NCBI GenBank assembly: GCA_001643675.2
Contig: LSRY02000057.1
Span: 62,001 to 126,000, forward strand
DNA length: 64,000 nt
Reading direction: 5' to 3'
Source: Monocercomonoides exilis PA203
Lineage: Eukaryota; Protista; Preaxostyla
The notes beneath the pieces are model-generated. The model made no database searches, was not told the origin of the DNA, and was given only the letters and a program-made list of their open reading frames with translations. The position numbers were made by a program, and so were the translations under genes. Of this stretch, positions 61,701 to 64,000 are shown piece by piece. How positions within the stretch are numbered: the first letter of the stretch is position 1; each line of letters starts with the position of its first letter.

Positions 61701-64000
61701 CTCTCAACAGAAGATCCTCTTCCCCAACAAACGAGGCTGTTGTGCAGCCCCATATCGCAAGCTCCTTCACAAACGGCGCTCTGAAATCCAGCAAGAATTG
61801 TTCATCAACTATCTGTGTTTCAATTGAATGGCATTTCACATACACATCTCTCCCTCTCAATGCAGAGTTGTCTCTGAATGTGATATTCGACAGCACAAAG
61901 TTCAGAGGCTGTTCAGCCACTGAGGAACACTCCAGAAACAGCCACCCACCTCTTCCTGTGGTGGAGCAGAAGCACTCAGAAATCGTGCAAAAAGAGCAAT
62001 CAAAGTTTCCTCCCTCATTCAACACAGAAAACATCCCTCCCCCTTTTCCACACTTCAACCCTCCACATTTCTTCATCGTTGTGTTTCGTATCACCATTTT
62101 CAAGGGTGCATCATTGTTATTTCGAATGATGGGAATATCATCCGTTGTGTTCTGGGTAACTTCCTCGAAGGAACTCCACTCAATAACAACATCTTGTTCC
62201 TCTTCATTTCTCTCTCTTCTTGAACTCTTTGAAATGCTCAATCCACTCGCCCCATCAAGTTGAACGTCCTTCATTGTCAGATTTTTGATGTTCAAAATCG
62301 AAGTTGACAGCAAAGAAATAACATCTTTTGAAAAGCTAAGTGATTGCATTGAAACAATGTCCAACACAACTGTACCTCCATATGCCTTGATCAGCCCGTA
62401 ATTCATTATTTCATCAAAACTTTCTTCATTTTTTGTGAATGAACAGTCTTTCAGAGTCAGAAATCCATTGCTTGAACCAACATGCATCAAATAGTTGACT
62501 CCACCTGTAAATGATGATGGAACAACAAAGTTTATCAGCTCGAAATTTGTAATTCCAGAAATCTTCATTGCTGCATCCTCTGCTACTTCGAGCGAAGAGA
62601 GACATTCCAAAGCACACTTATTGTTATCATCTGATTTTATGGAAATTCCACCAAGATCAACACACTTCTGAAGAATCGCCTTTCCAATGATGTTTATATT
62701 CTTTTCGTTTCCTTTCGGAAATCGATCCAATGAATAATCGATTGACAGACAAGGATAATCCGAAAATCCACAGGCACCCATATCTCTTCCTTTGTCTCCA
62801 ATAAATATCTTTGAGCCAAATGCTCTCCAGAAATATACCAATGGAATGGCATTCGTTGTATCACTTCCATCAAAGCCTCTCATGGAATTTAATGAAATAT
62901 CTGCCAGATGTTCTGATACGAATGGAAGAGAAGTGTTTGTGATGCTCTTTGTCAAATTGGATGATTCGACAAACAGGTCATTTCCACATTTTGCAACATT
63001 TGGCTTGCCTTCCTCAAAAATGGGGGATGAGATCACAAACGAAGAATAGTCATCAATCACTTTCAGCGCCATCCCTCCCCCAAAGCCAGTCTTTTCTTCT
63101 TTTGCTGGTGCTGTGCATCCTGTAAATGTGCATGAAACAATATTCATTTGAATATTCCCTTTCATCTGCACATTGAGAGCTCCTCCTCTGCCTTCATCAG
63201 CCAGCACTGAGCATTCATCAAATGAACATTCTTCAATATTTATTTCTGCGTTCGTATTTTCATCATCGCTGTTATCGAAGCTTATGCAGCCTCCGTTTCC
63301 AGCTGCTCTTTCAATTTTTGTGAAATTAGAGTTCGTCATGTTCAACCATTTGGTGCTCATTGACTCTGTACTTGTAGTGCTTCCTGACAATGAGATCAAT
63401 GGATTTCCACTCAAAGTGATTGATGAAGCCGAGAATGAATCAATAACCAAGGTTCCAGACTTAATAGATAAGAACAGAAATGTCAATTCCGATGAAGGGT
63501 TTTGAAGAGAAATAGAGCAATGAGACAAAGTCAGTTGTGAAGAAGACAAAATAAAAATGGAGTGAAGAGGAAGGGAAGATGGAAGAGAGAAGATGAGTCT
63601 TGATAATTCTGTTTCAACACTTGCTGAAATCATCTCTGAATTGGTCATTGAACTTGCATCAGAGACTGTCCAACCACTCTGCTCATCATTTCCTTTTATT
63701 TCATGCTTTTGATCAGTAAAGTCCAATTCATCACTCATCAAAATCATTCCATTCACAATAATTTTCTTTGTTTCTGTTTGTCTTGTGAGGGAGTGCATCA
63801 AGGTCAAACAAGGAAATTGGACAATTCCGCAGTGTGAGTGATTGGATGCCTCAATATTGCTCACATATATTTCTTCTGGGGTGGGAAGGAGATAGATGCA
63901 CAGAGGAATGGCCACACTCGTATTTCCATTGTCATATCCTCTCACTCTGTCGACAGAATCCAAAGAGGCTGTTACACATGTAATATTTTGTGACTTTGCA
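58735..64000 (-). CDS. Paralog of the 26668-34410 receptor pseudokinase, 5' part outside the window
   Basis: 1742-aa open frame colinear and highly similar to the C-terminal two thirds of the 2543-aa ORF, including the TM and RWKAPE...VFSIGMMLWECLTLQIPF. Confidence 0.85.
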   Translation of the reverse strand, partial: AKSQNITCVTASLDSVDRVRGYDNGNTSVAIPLCIYLLPTPEEIYVSNIEASNHSHCGIVQFPCLTLMHSLTRQTETKKIIVNGMILMSDELDFTDQKHEIKGNDEQSGWTVSDASSMTNSEMISASVETELSRLIFSLPSSLPLHSIFILSSSQLTLSHCSISLQNPSSELTFLFLSIKSGTLVIDSFSASSITLSGNPLISLSGSTTSTESMSTKWLNMTNSNFTKIERAAGNGGCISFDNSDDENTNAEINIEECSFDECSVLADEGRGGALNVQMKGNIQMNIVSCTFTGCTAPAKEEKTGFGGGMALKVIDDYSSFVISSPIFEEGKPNVAKCGNDLFVESSNLTKSITNTSLPFVSEHLADISLNSMRGFDGSDTTNAIPLVYFWRAFGSKIFIGDKGRDMGACGFSDYPCLSIDYSLDRFPKGNEKNINIIGKAILQKCVDLGGISIKSDDNNKCALECLSSLEVAEDAAMKISGITNFELINFVVPSSFTGGVNYLMHVGSSNGFLTLKDCSFTKNEESFDEIMNYGLIKAYGGTVVLDIVSMQSLSFSKDVISLLSTSILNIKNLTMKDVQLDGASGLSISKSSRRERNEEEQDVVIEWSSFEEVTQNTTDDIPIIRNNNDAPLKMVIRNTTMKKCGGLKCGKGGGMFSVLNEGGNFDCSFCTISECFCSTTGRGGWLFLECSSVAEQPLNFVLSNITFRDNSALRGRDVYVKCHSIETQIVDEQFLLDFRAPFVKELAIWGCTTASFVGEEDLLLRVVKYQSETIFVSSVSENSIDSKQCGEFSMPCQSLNQGVQHIIPSSYSQLMVSEETVMNGECEAKDVIIHSLQSQLAALVHLNSTININEGNLITTSENVRFERLKFNFDQSFSYSGSSIIHEASGQLSLSFVDFSSDGGSSNNQPAVFLNSTLLSIGNGILHVDNCSVSLLSFKKPSFLLCGNETSMTNVKMDNFEAMGNVFVIDGCKKVVFNGIDADGVKLSDGCIFSINDSTSGTISIRSSSFNNCSRNSDGASVLSASSTSAQMVLSNCSCSNCCSMSDKGSIMELSNAIDALMDLCRFVGVLGKESENERNNNFEEICKWNGSLVHSTNSTITMKYVTIMNASSGGLSVSADNVTIEKGEFMNNNPFIEKYPSLRRNIICSDSASLTISSLKGGDGVKDNSSLWILNDGCDLGGIAAERSSPFFIQKLEEVSISENGSNIFIKFKGSLFVPCDLSFRLVYKTGDVELVETHQFEDDGFISETEVIGTITSENFSKVADETEVSVMILFGKQLAATSPQILKNKTKSKTNGEGKLAEGGKEGKSYWLLIVIIMAFILLIILIIAVISTVRWRKAKNEAKDLREIVNDNIRKDPKAFEMVTMEMSPEEQWRRAEREAEKKNEERMKKRVYDTNMQHSESSEHLLSESGSTEYILGRDSDKIPQWMLEKDEEEEIRKRTPSPSISSTCSTDSDSTFVRGEDLCPTTSSMSNLVDAMACSSPHEKLIVDLRDSLFMLLHGRNEKKEMAIGSLQEREMTAAQILFWVANGALHSFDEMENPLQSLDNLSPHIVLFSEHMVICIVMHSDLLSDDDSDSSSISSSTVVTSASGNDDDEDSLPSSAFEDEDAFKKECLRWKAPELLINKKMGATKESVVFSIGMMLWECLTLQIPFGDYEAEVAGQKIVNGERPNFESISTSSMENIAKCCLSGCASQRLTLALLKREFIQRFPPGAAVLTMTDAVECFSGCDGESERRRDSGSRGELESMC

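Overview
AT-rich, intron-containing eukaryotic DNA read in the standard genetic code (TAA/TAG end intact genes). Gene content and style (CFAP43, expanded beta-helix/TM/kinase-like receptor family, helical Lys/Glu-rich family) suggest an anaerobic flagellate such as the oxymonad Monocercomonoides; this is inferred, not verified. Recognisable genes: maspardin/SPG21 with a long ER/K tail, CFAP43, a histone H3 with an altered N-tail, a compact divergent SCAR/WAVE, a secreted intronless bacterial-type NlpC/P60 peptidoglycan endopeptidase, AP-3 mu head-to-head with PAF1, and tRNA-Ala(AGC). There are two apparently intact giant receptor pseudokinase paralogs (one cut by the window edge) plus decayed relatives, three decayed copies of a helical family and an ABCC pseudogene. 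Intergenic regions hold several families of small inverted-repeat elements (MITE-like, ATAT-flanked, one nested) and a ~390-bp foldback. Top leads: the NlpC/P60 hydrolase (candidate lateral transfer), the receptor pseudokinases, the H3 variant lacking S10, the minimal WAVE and the ATAT-targeting MITE system.
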